Origin: Candidatus Thorarchaeota archaeon
GTDB lineage: Archaea; Asgardarchaeota; Thorarchaeia; Thorarchaeales; Thorarchaeaceae
Assembly (NCBI GenBank): GCA_020348985.1
Contig: CP070761.1
Location: 1,651,227 to 1,708,364, forward strand
Direction: 5' to 3'
Length of the DNA stretch: 57,138 nucleotides
The notes under the pieces are model-generated. The model worked only from the letters and a program-made list of their open reading frames with translations. It searched no databases and had not been told where the DNA came from. Made by a program: the position numbers and the translations under genes. Positions within the stretch are counted from its first letter, which is position 1. Every line of letters begins with the position of its first letter. Below, piece by piece: positions 26,745-37,067 of this stretch.

Positions 26745-27869
26745 ATGAGTGTCAAAAAGATTGCAGTCATTGGTGCAGGCTTGATGGGTTCAGGAATCTC
26801 GTATGTTTCTGCATGGTCTAGCTATGATGTGACAATGGTAGACGTAAACGATGAAGCTCTAGAACGTGGAGTGGAGAGGTTGCGTTCTTATGTGACGTCT
26901 GGAATCAAGAGAGGCAAGCTTTCTGATTCTGAGGCGAAGGATCTCCTAGGTCGTGTGAAGACAACCACAAACCTGGAGGAAGCGGTGAGTGACATTGATC
27001 TAGTCATTGAGGCCGTCTACGAGAACATGGAGGTCAAGAAGGATCTTTTCAACAGAATGGATAGTGTCGCGAGTCCACGGACTATTCTCGCTTCGAACAC
27101 ATCCTCGCTCAGCATTAGTGAGCTCGGCAAGTCAACAGCAAGGCCTGCCAAGGTAATAGGCATGCATTACTTCTCTCCAGTCCCAGCGATGAAGCTGCTT
27201 GAGGTCGTTGTCGGAGAACAGACAAGCAAGTCCACGATTGACACTGCAATAGCAGTCGGCCATAGTCAAGGCAAAACCACTGTCAGAGCTAAAGATAGTC
27301 CTGGTTTCATTGTCAATAGACTCGGAGCGCAGATCCTGAGAGCATCCGTCTTGGTCTTCGAACAAGGGATAGCAACTGCTGGCGAGATTGATTCGGCAAT
27401 GAAGGAGCAATTCGGGATGCCTATGGGGCCATTGGAACTCACTGACTTCGTTGGAATAGACGTTTCATTTAGTACTATGACCACACTGTATAGGGCATTC
27501 GGCAATTGTTTCAAGCCTCCTGCAACTCTAACCGAACTGGTGGAATCAGGCACAATCGGAAGAAAGACAGGCAGCGGGTTCTACGAGTATGGTGACCAGC
27601 AACCTAGGACAGAAGAAGCCAAGGGTGCAGATCCAGTGAAGATAGCACTACGTATCATCGTGCCGTATCTCCGGGAGGCAATGATCGAAGTTGAAACAGC
27701 CATTGCAGTGGAGGAAGATATCGATAAGGCAATGAAGCTTGGCAGGAATTTCAAGGAAGGTCCATTCGAGACTATTGAACGTCTGGGACGTGACACAGTC
27801 CGTAAGGAGTTGAGGAAACTTCAGGAACAGTTTGGGGACTGCTACAGTCCTCCCAAAATGCTTCAATGA
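26745..27869 (+). CDS. 3-hydroxyacyl-CoA dehydrogenase with duplicated C-terminal domain
   Basis: GAGLMGSGI, ASNTSSL, GMHYFSP, PGFIVNR and PMGP; second partial dimerisation domain (IDKAMKLG...GPF). Confidence 0.93.
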   Translation: MSVKKIAVIGAGLMGSGISYVSAWSSYDVTMVDVNDEALERGVERLRSYVTSGIKRGKLSDSEAKDLLGRVKTTTNLEEAVSDIDLVIEAVYENMEVKKDLFNRMDSVASPRTILASNTSSLSISELGKSTARPAKVIGMHYFSPVPAMKLLEVVVGEQTSKSTIDTAIAVGHSQGKTTVRAKDSPGFIVNRLGAQILRASVLVFEQGIATAGEIDSAMKEQFGMPMGPLELTDFVGIDVSFSTMTTLYRAFGNCFKPPATLTELVESGTIGRKTGSGFYEYGDQQPRTEEAKGADPVKIALRIIVPYLREAMIEVETAIAVEEDIDKAMKLGRNFKEGPFETIERLGRDTVRKELRKLQEQFGDCYSPPKMLQ

Positions 27870-27897
27870 GCATTAATATGGAAGGAGAGTTTGAACA

Positions 27898-28683
27898 ATG
27901 ACTGAGCAAGTTGTGCTTTATGATGTAGGAGACGCTGTGGCAACAATCACAGTAAATCGACCAGAGAAATACAACGCTCTCAACATGGAAGTCAAGGAAG
28001 CACTTCTTGAAATGTTCATGAAAGCTGACAAGGACGAATCTGTTAGAGTAGTTGTATTGACTGGCAAAGGAGAAAAAGGCTTCATTTCCGGTGCAGATGT
28101 CAATGATTTCGTGGGCCGAGACTCGAAGACCATAAGACCCGTTGTTGAATCCAGCCGAAGAATATCTCGGCACATTGAATCCATGAGCAAACCTGTTGTC
28201 GCAGCAGTGAATGGCTATGCCCTGGGTGGCGGCTGTGAGATTGCAATGGCATGTGACATTAGATATGCATCTGTCAACGCTCGCTTCGGACAGCCGGAGA
28301 TAAATCTTGGAACAATACCCGGAAATGGGGGAACTGTCAGGCTAGCGAGAATTGTGGGTCTTGGGATTGCCAAAGAACTTGTTCTGACTGGAGGCTTGAT
28401 TTCAGCTGAGGATGCATTCAGAATAGGACTTGTGAATAGACTCTTTGAGTCTGTGAGTGCTTTGAGAGAGGGTGTTGCAGACCTTGCAACAAAGCTGGCC
28501 AAAAAACCCGGAGTTGCTGTTGGGCTTGCAAAGCAGTCTCTCAACAATACGTGGCGAATGTCACTTGATGAGCATCTAGAGTGTGAGCTCGAAGCCTTCT
28601 GCCAGACATTCGATACACAAGATATCAGTGAGGGGGTGGCGGCGTTTCTTGAGAAACGCAAACCCGAATTTGACCATCAGTGA
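27898..28683 (+). CDS. Enoyl-CoA hydratase/isomerase (crotonase)
   Basis: NRPEKYNAL, FISGAD, ALGGGCEIAMACD and GQPEINLG. Confidence 0.95.
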   Translation: MTEQVVLYDVGDAVATITVNRPEKYNALNMEVKEALLEMFMKADKDESVRVVVLTGKGEKGFISGADVNDFVGRDSKTIRPVVESSRRISRHIESMSKPVVAAVNGYALGGGCEIAMACDIRYASVNARFGQPEINLGTIPGNGGTVRLARIVGLGIAKELVLTGGLISAEDAFRIGLVNRLFESVSALREGVADLATKLAKKPGVAVGLAKQSLNNTWRMSLDEHLECELEAFCQTFDTQDISEGVAAFLEKRKPEFDHQ

Positions 28684-28784
28684 TGGATGACTGCTTGATC
28701 CGCTCTTCGCATCACCCGTGGGGTAGTTGGAGACTGATGGAGTTTTTAGGGCGAGAATCCAGCTAGATGTGATGTGGTAGCCTA

Positions 28785-29660
28785 ATGTATCTCAAAGGAA
28801 TGGACAAGTTTCGTGAGAAACTGCCGAAGTATACTGGGCGAAAGATAGCGCTTCTTGGGTTGGTAATACTCGCAACATGGACGGCTGTCTTCATTCTCCT
28901 TCTGTTGGCTGATTCTATTGCACGACTCTATCCACAGATCTCTGTTCTTGTCACTGCCGAGCCGGTCATTCCAGTTGTCGCGGCCCTCATTGTGCAGCTA
29001 ATGGCATTTGGGCTGATATGGCGAGTATGGCACAACAAGGATCGGTTTCGCAAGGAACTCGGGGATCTTGCCTATCAGAAGGCGATACCCAGAGGACTAT
29101 TCGGAGTCTCTTTAGTCGTTGCAGTATGCCTTCACATTTATGTCCCAATTGGAGCACTCCCATTTGGTCCTCCGGTCAATGACCTCACAACAGCGCTCTC
29201 CGAGCCTTTTCTATCCATTCTTGGTGTCCCCTTTGAGATCGACATATCGATTCGAGTTCTTGGTGCACTCTTCTTCATCATACTGGGTATGTTAACGGTC
29301 AGAAGTGCAGTCTTTACCTTCGGAATTGATTACATGGCATTGGTCTACCTGTATTTTCCAGAAGAATCTGAAATCCAACAGCACGAGATATACTCGGTTC
29401 TTCGTCATCCCGCTTATTTCGCGGTACTATCCTTCGCATTAGGTGGCTTCCTATTTCAGATGTCAGTCTATTCGTTCTCGTTCTTCTTCATGTTCTTCCT
29501 CGGTCTGATGGCCCACATTCTACTTGTCGAGGAAAAAGAGCTTGAAGAGAGATTTGGTGATTCGTTCAGAGAGTATAGACAAAGAGTGCCAGCGCTTCGA
29601 ATAAGGGCACAAGACCTCAGGAAGTTCTTCAGATTCTTGACCAAGAAAGGGACAGAATAG
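28785..29660 (+). CDS. Isoprenylcysteine carboxylmethyltransferase / PEMT-family membrane methyltransferase
   Basis: IYSVLRHPAY and EEKELEERFGDSFREYRQRVP. Confidence 0.85.
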   Translation: MYLKGMDKFREKLPKYTGRKIALLGLVILATWTAVFILLLLADSIARLYPQISVLVTAEPVIPVVAALIVQLMAFGLIWRVWHNKDRFRKELGDLAYQKAIPRGLFGVSLVVAVCLHIYVPIGALPFGPPVNDLTTALSEPFLSILGVPFEIDISIRVLGALFFIILGMLTVRSAVFTFGIDYMALVYLYFPEESEIQQHEIYSVLRHPAYFAVLSFALGGFLFQMSVYSFSFFFMFFLGLMAHILLVEEKELEERFGDSFREYRQRVPALRIRAQDLRKFFRFLTKKGTE

Positions 29661-29671
29661 AATCCTATCGA

Positions 29672-30139
29672 TTACCATTCAATCGTCTTGTCTTCATGCT
29701 TTGAGTAGCAAGATTCGCAGACTCGCAGAGGGAAGCTGGGTTTCGTGCACATCAGCTGATGAGATTCGACGCCAACGTCGCTGACCGGCAAGGTTGTTCC
29801 ACACAAGTTGCACCGGTATAGAGCTGTAATCTCAAACTTGATTTCCCGGGACGGACAATTATATACTCTCACATTTCGCTTGGAACTGCCTAGCTCTCTC
29901 ATATCGCCAAAAACTCTCAGAGAGTGTAGAACAGGATACATGCCAACAAGGCTCTCAGTACAGAGGCTTTTGGGGGATCCCCAGCTGAACTCATATGTCT
30001 GACCCTTCTTGTGACCTGCGCGGCAGTTTCCATCATCTGTGACTTTGACACAGAAATTGACTGGTTCAGCCCAATTGTCCCGAAGTCTAAGCAAGGATTT
30101 ATCCGGCGACTGTCTTCTTGTAGGCAAAAACATCACCAC
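29672..30139 (-). CDS. TIGR04076-like protein with C-terminal zinc ribbon
   Basis: CRAGHKKGQTY...LC...CP..IKFEI, then CxxC pairs. Confidence 0.7.
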   Translation of the reverse strand: MVMFLPTRRQSPDKSLLRLRDNWAEPVNFCVKVTDDGNCRAGHKKGQTYEFSWGSPKSLCTESLVGMYPVLHSLRVFGDMRELGSSKRNVRVYNCPSREIKFEITALYRCNLCGTTLPVSDVGVESHQLMCTKPSFPLRVCESCYSKHEDKTIEW

Positions 30140-30520
30140 ATACGAAAGAATACTCTATGGTAATATCCGATTTGCTCGGTCCTTCTGAGTACACGTGTTG
30201 AACCTGTGTAATAAACCACTCTAAGCTGATAATGGAAGCTGCTGATAGTGGGAGTATTGCCCTTCTTCCCAGATTCAATATATGCGATTACCGGATTAGG
30301 AGACTTCCTGAACCCCCTAAAGGTTGTACTTGGAGCGCTAACCTTTCTCCTAATCATCATTGACTGGAAAAGACTCTGAAGTCATGACCCACCAAAACTA
30401 TCGATAGGGCTTCTAGTCTTCCCACATGTGAGAATGAACGAGACAGCTCTAGGTTTGACAGCTCCTTTCAGAAGCCTTTAATGATGCCAATCAGCGCACT
30501 CGTATTGACAAGGTTTCTTC

Positions 30521-31960
30521 GTGGAGGCATCCGACTTGAATAATCGAAACGTCGCAATCGTCCTGCTGGTGATCCTTATCGTCGCATCAGTTGGAATCGC
30601 AATCATGTTCCTGCCAGGCTCTGCACCACCGGAGGAACCAAACGTGCGTCCTCAAGTCGCGTTGACAAGCCCTAGCGAAGGCCTTACAGTCTCGGGTATG
30701 GTCACAATCAATGTCTCAGTAGTAGACGAAGAGGATCTAGTTGCGGATATCTTCATTGACGGCTCACTGATTGCAGTGGCCAACACCCTGGAGTGGAATA
30801 CAACTGCGTACCCGGATGGGAAACATTCGATACGTGTTGACGTGGTCGACAGCGATGGTCTGGATGACTCTGACAGTATTGAGGTCACTGTGGACAATGT
30901 TGAAGAAACGCTGCTTCCTTTCAGTGACCCTTTCAGCGTTTTGAACTACAACATCCTTGAATCTGGACATGGTGACGAATGGCTAACTGTCATCAAGGGC
31001 GCTAATCCGGATCTAATGATACTTGTCGAAACTGGCTACTGGGATGACAACTCGAATGAGGTACTCAACGCAGCAGTTAGTGAGCTCAATTTGTACTTCC
31101 CAGAGGAGAATCCATTCGTCGGATATTGCGCACAAAATGTCTACTATCCCACAACCGGAGAAGCCATTCTGAGTCGATTCCCCATCAAGAGCTTCAGGCA
31201 AATTGGTGTAGTACCTCTTGATGATGGTTCTGACTATGATGTCACACATGACTTCATTGAAGCAGTCGTTGATATCAATGGCACAGATGTCTACGTCTTC
31301 GGAGGTCACTTGAAAGCATCGCAGGGTGAAACCGAAGAATGGAGGCGGGAGAGAGAGATGGAGGGAATGATAAACTACATGGACAGTCTTGGCAATGTGC
31401 CCATATTGTACCTTAGTGATCAGAACTCCTTCTCACCGTATGATACTGATTCTCTGGGACCATTTGGTATGGAGTTGGGTTATGGTCCCATGACAATGAT
31501 GCTGAATCCAGATGACACGACCTATGGTCAGTATGCCTCAACAGTACACAATTTCACTGATGTCTTCAGGACCCTGAACTCCACAGATCCGGGCCACACT
31601 TACGGACATCAAGACCGTTACATATCATTTCGAATTGACTACATAGTTGTGAACTCCTTCTTCGAGGACATGCTTGTGAATTGCACAGTCATTGATGACC
31701 CACCAGCCCACACGGCATCAGATCACTATGCAGTTGAAGCATTCTTCCACTGGAACATAAGCCTAATTCATGAGCCAGGTTCATCTGGCAATGAAGGTTC
31801 ATCGGAAGCAATGCATCAAGCAGACTTACCTCGGACCGTGCAGTCTCAATCCAAAGCCACAACACATCTACGTTTTATTCTTCAGTGCCTGTCTGAAGAG
31901 TTGAATGTGAGGGACAAGGGCCTTGACCAGTTTGCTCTCCGCCTTGTTCAGGTGTTCTGA
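30521..31960 (+). CDS. Membrane-anchored Ig-like + endonuclease/exonuclease/phosphatase domain protein
   Basis: N-terminal TM; WNTTAYPDGKH Ig-like domain; NYNI, GHL, SDQN, RIDYI and ASDH EEP motifs. Confidence 0.88.
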   Translation: MEASDLNNRNVAIVLLVILIVASVGIAIMFLPGSAPPEEPNVRPQVALTSPSEGLTVSGMVTINVSVVDEEDLVADIFIDGSLIAVANTLEWNTTAYPDGKHSIRVDVVDSDGLDDSDSIEVTVDNVEETLLPFSDPFSVLNYNILESGHGDEWLTVIKGANPDLMILVETGYWDDNSNEVLNAAVSELNLYFPEENPFVGYCAQNVYYPTTGEAILSRFPIKSFRQIGVVPLDDGSDYDVTHDFIEAVVDINGTDVYVFGGHLKASQGETEEWRREREMEGMINYMDSLGNVPILYLSDQNSFSPYDTDSLGPFGMELGYGPMTMMLNPDDTTYGQYASTVHNFTDVFRTLNSTDPGHTYGHQDRYISFRIDYIVVNSFFEDMLVNCTVIDDPPAHTASDHYAVEAFFHWNISLIHEPGSSGNEGSSEAMHQADLPRTVQSQSKATTHLRFILQCLSEELNVRDKGLDQFALRLVQVF

Positions 31961-32563
31961 AAACGTTGTTCGAGGAACCTGATTGTCCGCGGCTATGGTC
32001 TGAACGTTTGACTTCCTGGGGAAATTGAAGTAACCGTATATGTAGGCCGTCAGCAATGCGTCTATTTGCTTCTCGGTTAGGTCAGCAAACAGGGAATCAA
32101 CGGTTAAGGTCAGCGAGCCCGCAATTGATCCGTTGAAGGGAATCTTCCTCAGAATCTCCACTTCGAAATCTCTGGCTTTCAGCCTCTTTAACAGCTTCTT
32201 CACGTCCTCGTGCTTGAATGCAATTACCCTGCGGTACTCCCATCCGTTCTCATAAGTGACGGGTGGCAAATCTAGTATGTTCAAGCCTTCAAGTTGATTG
32301 GTGACCGAATCATATGAACCGATATCACATTTCTTTGTGATAAGGTGGACCTTGTTTCCATCATCTACCTCTTCCATGATGTGCGAAAACTCAGCGAACT
32401 GCTCGAGAACCGACTCGTATTGATCAACGTCTTCAGTGACGAGCTCAATAACATCATGTTCAAGATTGCACCATTCTACCATCTTCAGGGTCGGGAACCT
32501 TCTTGATATGTTTCCGGTTGGACAATCGTGCCTTACTTTGAGGAATACTTCGAACAGTGGCAT
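31868..32563 (-). CDS. Bat-like (HTH_10) transcriptional regulator
   Basis: LTEKQIDALLTAYIYGYFNFPR...TFSEHLNKAE. Confidence 0.9.
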   Translation of the reverse strand: MPLFEVFLKVRHDCPTGNISRRFPTLKMVEWCNLEHDVIELVTEDVDQYESVLEQFAEFSHIMEEVDDGNKVHLITKKCDIGSYDSVTNQLEGLNILDLPPVTYENGWEYRRVIAFKHEDVKKLLKRLKARDFEVEILRKIPFNGSIAGSLTLTVDSLFADLTEKQIDALLTAYIYGYFNFPRKSNVQTIAADNQVPRTTFSEHLNKAESKLVKALVPHIQLFRQALKNKT

Positions 32564-32599
32564 GGATCGTAATCGACAGCTTTGACACTTATAGTATGG

Positions 32600-32615
32600 G
32601 CCGTCATATGACGGC
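32600..32615. promoter_or_regulatory. Palindromic operator upstream of the HTH_10 regulator
   Basis: Perfect GCCGTCATATGACGGC; related sites at 33821 and 51614. Confidence 0.65.
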
Positions 32616-32773
32616 ATCGTCTTCGAGGTCCATTGATCATCAGTTGATTGCATCAGTCTGATGCAGTTTCAAGCTATTGTCAAAAGAAATTGACATGACC
32701 CAAAAGCCTTGTCAAAAAATCTAGTGGAGATTACTTAAATATCTCTGAAACAGGTCATAGCCTGAGATTAGGA

Positions 32774-33565
32774 ATGAAATCCCAAATGACGCGTGACGAA
32801 GGTGTCTTGAAAGCACTGGCAAACTCGACCAGAAGAGAGATAATTCGACAGATTGCCGACAGGGGCACTGCAACATACTCCGAGATAATGCAAGTTCTTG
32901 GTTTGGATTCCTCACTTGAGAGTGGGCGATTCAATTACCATCTCAAGGAGCTAACCGACGCAGGTCTTATCGACAGAATCGATGGCGTCTATACTATCAC
33001 CGATCTTGGCACGGGGGCTCTTTTTTTGTTGGACCAAGTCAGAGATGACAGACATGTGGACAGACACGGTGTACTCTCGGCGGTCATCTCCATGAGCCCG
33101 AAAGAGGAGATAAAATTGTTCATCAATCAAAACCTGTTTGGACTTGGTCTGGTCACATCCATGGTCAGCTTGCTGCTTTCGTTTATCTTTCCTTGGCTTT
33201 TCCCAATCTTCCTTGTTCTCATGACCGTAGGACTGTTGACGCTAAGGGAATCAGCCATCTATCTATTAGGCATTGCCAAAAAACACAATCTGGGACTCTC
33301 CACGCTGTTGCTGATTGATAGCAACTGGTTCTTGATAAGATCACCCAATAGAGGAAGTTTCATGGCTTTCGCTTTCTTCTCCCTTACTTCTGTTGTTTCT
33401 TTGATTCTATTCATCATCTTGGTTGCTTCTGGAGGTATAATGGCTCTCCCAGGTGTAGGTCTACTCCTGTTTGCGGTTGTACTCTTCACTACACCTATTG
33501 CTTTCAGCATTGCAGAGACAGCGATTAAGAAGGCCGATGCACTGGAGCTGATGGAGAGTGAATGA
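32774..33565 (+). CDS. ArsR-like winged-helix protein with C-terminal TM segments
   Basis: LKALANSTRREII...FNYHLKEL..AGLI...YTITDLG, followed by about 4 TM helices. Confidence 0.85.
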   Translation: MKSQMTRDEGVLKALANSTRREIIRQIADRGTATYSEIMQVLGLDSSLESGRFNYHLKELTDAGLIDRIDGVYTITDLGTGALFLLDQVRDDRHVDRHGVLSAVISMSPKEEIKLFINQNLFGLGLVTSMVSLLLSFIFPWLFPIFLVLMTVGLLTLRESAIYLLGIAKKHNLGLSTLLLIDSNWFLIRSPNRGSFMAFAFFSLTSVVSLILFIILVASGGIMALPGVGLLLFAVVLFTTPIAFSIAETAIKKADALELMESE

Positions 33566-33710
33566 TGACACCCAGGACGAGAAGAAACTGGATGAGCTTC
33601 TTCTCTTGCTGTCTCAACCCCTTACGAGGCTAATACTCACACTATTAGCGGGATCTGATCCTGGACCTCTGCCTATTCAGAATCCAGACGTTGCACGAAT
33701 ATCGAAATGA
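33558..33710 (+). pseudogene. Truncated winged-helix gene remnant
   Basis: MNDDTQDEKKLDELLLLLSQPLTRLILTLL resembles an ArsR-type HTH start, overlaps the upstream stop and terminates early. Confidence 0.35.
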
Positions 33711-33820
33711 GAAGAGAAGCAGGAGTGTATTGCTCTTATCGGACAATTGGAATGACAGTCATGCTGTGTAATATCCGCTTTCTGACGTCACATGAATTGG
33801 TCATTTTGGAATCTCTGAAC

Positions 33821-33836
33821 ACCGTCATATGCCGGT
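33821..33836. promoter_or_regulatory. Second copy of the CCGTC-N4-GACGG operator
   Basis: ACCGTCATATGCCGGT; core has one mismatch to 32601-32614. Confidence 0.45.
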
Positions 33837-34278
33837 AGAAAGCTAATGCAGTTTGGGGCTTTGGTGAAGACAGAACTAACATGTCAGATTGCACAGCTGG
33901 TACACAATGTATAGTGAAGCGAGTTCGCCCAGCAGCTTTTGGTATTGAAGAAGAGAAGTCATCTATTACAGAGCGGAAGGGAGAATCTCTTCATTCAACA
34001 GATTCCCAGGAGACCCTCAAAGATGATAGACACCGTATCAGATCCGAACAACAGAAGGCAAGGGCACTTGCAGTGTGGCATAGGACATCTCTCATTCGCT
34101 GAACTCATCGAGGAAGGGAACTGTGTGGATGAGATAGAATTCCGGGGGAGTCTTTCGTCTCATCTCCAACACCGCGGCCAAACAAGAGTCCGAATTCAGA
34201 TTTCAGTAATGATGTATGAACCTGAGAACTCCTTTATAACTGGAAATCCTTCAAGAGTCCAGGTAGGAGGCATTTCAC

Positions 34279-34513
34279 ATGCCTTCAGTGTACCTTCTGA
34301 TTCAAAGTAAAACCATAGTATGTGTGGGATGTACTTGATAATCTCACGAAGATTGAGGGGATTAACGAACCAAATGTCGTTACAGGTCCATATGACATAA
34401 TCGCCTACGTCGAAGTCTTCTCAAATGACGAGACAAATGACCTCGTCAGCAGCATTCATGAAGTAGAGTAGGTCATTCTTTCCGGAACTTGCATGTCCAT
34501 ATTAAGCGAATGA
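34279..34513 (+). pseudogene. Stand-alone Lrp/AsnC ligand-binding (RAM) domain pseudogene
   Basis: MPSVYLLIQSK, a frameshift, then YVWDVLDNLTKIEGINEPNVVTGPYDIIAYVEV...SIHEVE*VILSGTCMSI; SD GGAGG upstream. Confidence 0.75.
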
Positions 34514-34521
34514 TAGTGAAA

Positions 34522-34923
34522 TCACTCGCTGCTCTTGACACGCGGATCCGACACGATCTGAATGGCGTTTCCCTCTGTGTCATCAATGTTGAAGTATGAG
34601 ACCATATCAGGGATGTCTTCTATCTCTGTAGCTTCAACTCCCTTTCCAATCAAGTATTCTCGTGTGGCATCAAGGTCTTCGACGACCAGGGTCAAGGTCC
34701 CAGAGCCTCTTTGAATTTCTCCCTCTCTCCTTAGATTGAGACCTAATCGTGCTCCAGTCACAGGTAGTGCTAGTTCTGCCCAGCCTGCTTCTTCGCCGCC
34801 GTCCCACACAGTCTCGAAACCTAGAACATCCATATAGAACGACTTGGCCCGATTAAAGTCCTTAACGTTGTACTGAAAGTAAACTTGGTCTTGTTTGTAA
34901 GGTATTGGATACTTTGCAGACAT
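34522..34923 (-). CDS. VOC/glyoxalase family protein
   Basis: VKDFNRAKSFYMDVLGF...VEDLDA...DTEGNAIQI. Confidence 0.9.
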   Translation of the reverse strand: MSAKYPIPYKQDQVYFQYNVKDFNRAKSFYMDVLGFETVWDGGEEAGWAELALPVTGARLGLNLRREGEIQRGSGTLTLVVEDLDATREYLIGKGVEATEIEDIPDMVSYFNIDDTEGNAIQIVSDPRVKSSE

Positions 34924-35074
34924 AATGCTCTCTCCTCAAAGATACCTATACGTTGGCTTCAGAAGACATAAGCCCATTGATGAGTACCTTTTGCGAGGTT
35001 CTAAATGGAGGATTGTCACTAGTAATTGAACATGGGGCAACAATCTGGTTGTCTGAGAGAGAGGCACAGCAGAT

Positions 35075-37030
35075 ATGAAAGAGGCTCTCTGGAACCCGAC
35101 GAAGCAGACAATCGAGAATGCAAACATCACGAAGTTTATCGATTCTGTAAACAAGAAACACAATCTGGGAATCAGTAACTACAATGAATTATACAGATGG
35201 TCCATAGACAACATCGAAGACTTCTGGGCCGCTATGTGGGAATTTGGAGATATACGTGCATCAAAGAAGTACAGAGCAGTTGTGGACGACCTGGGGAAGT
35301 TTCCCGGCGCAGATTGGTTCCCGGAAGCTCGACTGAATTTTGCAGAGAATCTCTTGAGGCACAGGGATGAATCAACGGCGCTCATCTTCAAAGGTGAGAC
35401 AAGAAGTATTACCAGAATGACCTATGCAGAATTGTACAATGCTGTTGCAGTGCTATCCGATTCACTGCGCAATATTGGGGTTCAGGCCGGAGATCGCATT
35501 GCATCATACATGCCTAACACTCCGGACACAGCAATAGCTATGCTAGCTACCACAAGCATCGGTGCAGTCTGGTCATCGTGCGGAACCGGACTAGGACCAA
35601 AAGCTGTTCTTGACAGGTTTGAACAGGTTGAGCCGAGAGTTCTATTCACAGTCGACAGCTACTCCTACAAAGGAAAGGATTTCGATGTGTTGTCGAAAGC
35701 TGAAGAAGTCGCCAATGGAATACCGTCAATTGAGAAGACAGTTGTAGTCCCCTATCTCAGAGAGGAGTTTGACATCAGTTCACTTCCACACTCTATTCTC
35801 TATAGTGATTTCACAACAGCAAGCATGAGGCCAGAAATCCAGTTTGAACAGTTACCCTTTGGCCATCCGGTCTACATCATGTTCTCATCTGGTACTACAG
35901 GCAGGCCGAAATGTATGGTTCAAAGCGCTGGAGGGGTTCTAATCAAACATCTCAAAGAGCTATTGCTTCACACCGACTTGAAGCGGGAAGACAGAATGTT
36001 CTACACCACAAGTCCTAGTTGGATGATGTGGAACTGGATGCTGAGCTCACTGGCTGTAGGTGCTACTGTCGTACTCTATGATGGCAATCCCAACTACCCA
36101 GATTGGCGTACAATGTGGCAGTTAATCCAAGACGAACGTGTTACAATCTTCGGCTGTAGTGCTACCTACATAAACTACCTGAAGAGCCAGAATGCAAGGC
36201 CTAGAGAGGATTTCGACTTATCCTCGCTGAGAGAAATATCTCAAACTGGATCTGCACTATCTGCTGAAGGATTCCAATACGTGTACAAGGAGATCAAAGA
36301 GGACTTGCACTTCAACTCAATCAGTGGCGGCACAGACATCAATGGATGTTTCGCCGCAGGAACACCGATACAACCTGTCTATGCCGGTGAGCTACAGGGC
36401 CCATGTCTCGGAATGAGGATTCGAGCATATGATGAAGAAGGAAACAGTGTACTTGACCAAGAAGGTGAGCTTGTCTGCGAAGCCCCGGCCCCTTCTATGC
36501 CTCTGTACTTTTGGGATGACTCCGATGGTACAAGATACAAGGAGGCATACTTCAATGTCTATCCTAATGTGTGGCATCACGGAGATTGGATTATAATGCA
36601 TGTTGACACGGGAGGGTTGACATTCCTCGGTCGGTCTGACTTTACATTGAAACCGTCTGGAGTTCGGATTGGGCCATCGGAGATCTACAACGTTATTGAA
36701 GAGATTAGGGAAATCGCAGATAGTATAGTGGTTGGACAGAACTGGGCGGGTGACCAACGTATACTGCTTTTCGTCAAACTGACAGATGGGGTTCAGTTGA
36801 CAGAGGAATTGAAACAAGAGATCAGGCGGGATTTACGTGTTAAGGCGGGTCCCAGACATGTACCTGAACTAATACTGGAGGTGCAGGCCATCCCATACAC
36901 TTTCAGCATGAAGAAGGTTGAGAGTGCTGTGTGGAATATCGTGAACAACAGGCCTGTCACAAATAGGGATGCAATCAGCAATCCGGAATCACTTGACCAC
37001 TACCAGAGAATTGTGGACAGTCTAAAGTAA
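35075..37030 (+). CDS. Acetoacetate--CoA ligase
   Basis: WFPEARLNFAENLL, MFSSGTTGRPKCMVQ, WMMWNW, SISGGTD and GRSD..LKPSGVRIG. Confidence 0.93.
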   Translation: MKEALWNPTKQTIENANITKFIDSVNKKHNLGISNYNELYRWSIDNIEDFWAAMWEFGDIRASKKYRAVVDDLGKFPGADWFPEARLNFAENLLRHRDESTALIFKGETRSITRMTYAELYNAVAVLSDSLRNIGVQAGDRIASYMPNTPDTAIAMLATTSIGAVWSSCGTGLGPKAVLDRFEQVEPRVLFTVDSYSYKGKDFDVLSKAEEVANGIPSIEKTVVVPYLREEFDISSLPHSILYSDFTTASMRPEIQFEQLPFGHPVYIMFSSGTTGRPKCMVQSAGGVLIKHLKELLLHTDLKREDRMFYTTSPSWMMWNWMLSSLAVGATVVLYDGNPNYPDWRTMWQLIQDERVTIFGCSATYINYLKSQNARPREDFDLSSLREISQTGSALSAEGFQYVYKEIKEDLHFNSISGGTDINGCFAAGTPIQPVYAGELQGPCLGMRIRAYDEEGNSVLDQEGELVCEAPAPSMPLYFWDDSDGTRYKEAYFNVYPNVWHHGDWIIMHVDTGGLTFLGRSDFTLKPSGVRIGPSEIYNVIEEIREIADSIVVGQNWAGDQRILLFVKLTDGVQLTEELKQEIRRDLRVKAGPRHVPELILEVQAIPYTFSMKKVESAVWNIVNNRPVTNRDAISNPESLDHYQRIVDSLK

Positions 37031-37067
37031 CCAAGGAATAGATCAACTGGACCGATTCTAACTAAAG

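Noticed and set aside
28785-29660. ICMT-family gene as a eukaryotic signature protein
   Set aside because: The ICMT/PEMT family is widespread in prokaryotes.
30155-30195. Possible seventh trailer copy (CTATGGTAATATCC...CTGAGTACAC)
   Set aside because: Spacing between the motifs differs from the native element and identity is too low to distinguish from chance by eye.
31868-31960. 93-bp convergent overlap of the EEP and HTH_10 genes as a functional feature
   Set aside because: The EEP tail after the ASDH motif looks like a non-conserved extension, probably stop-codon drift.
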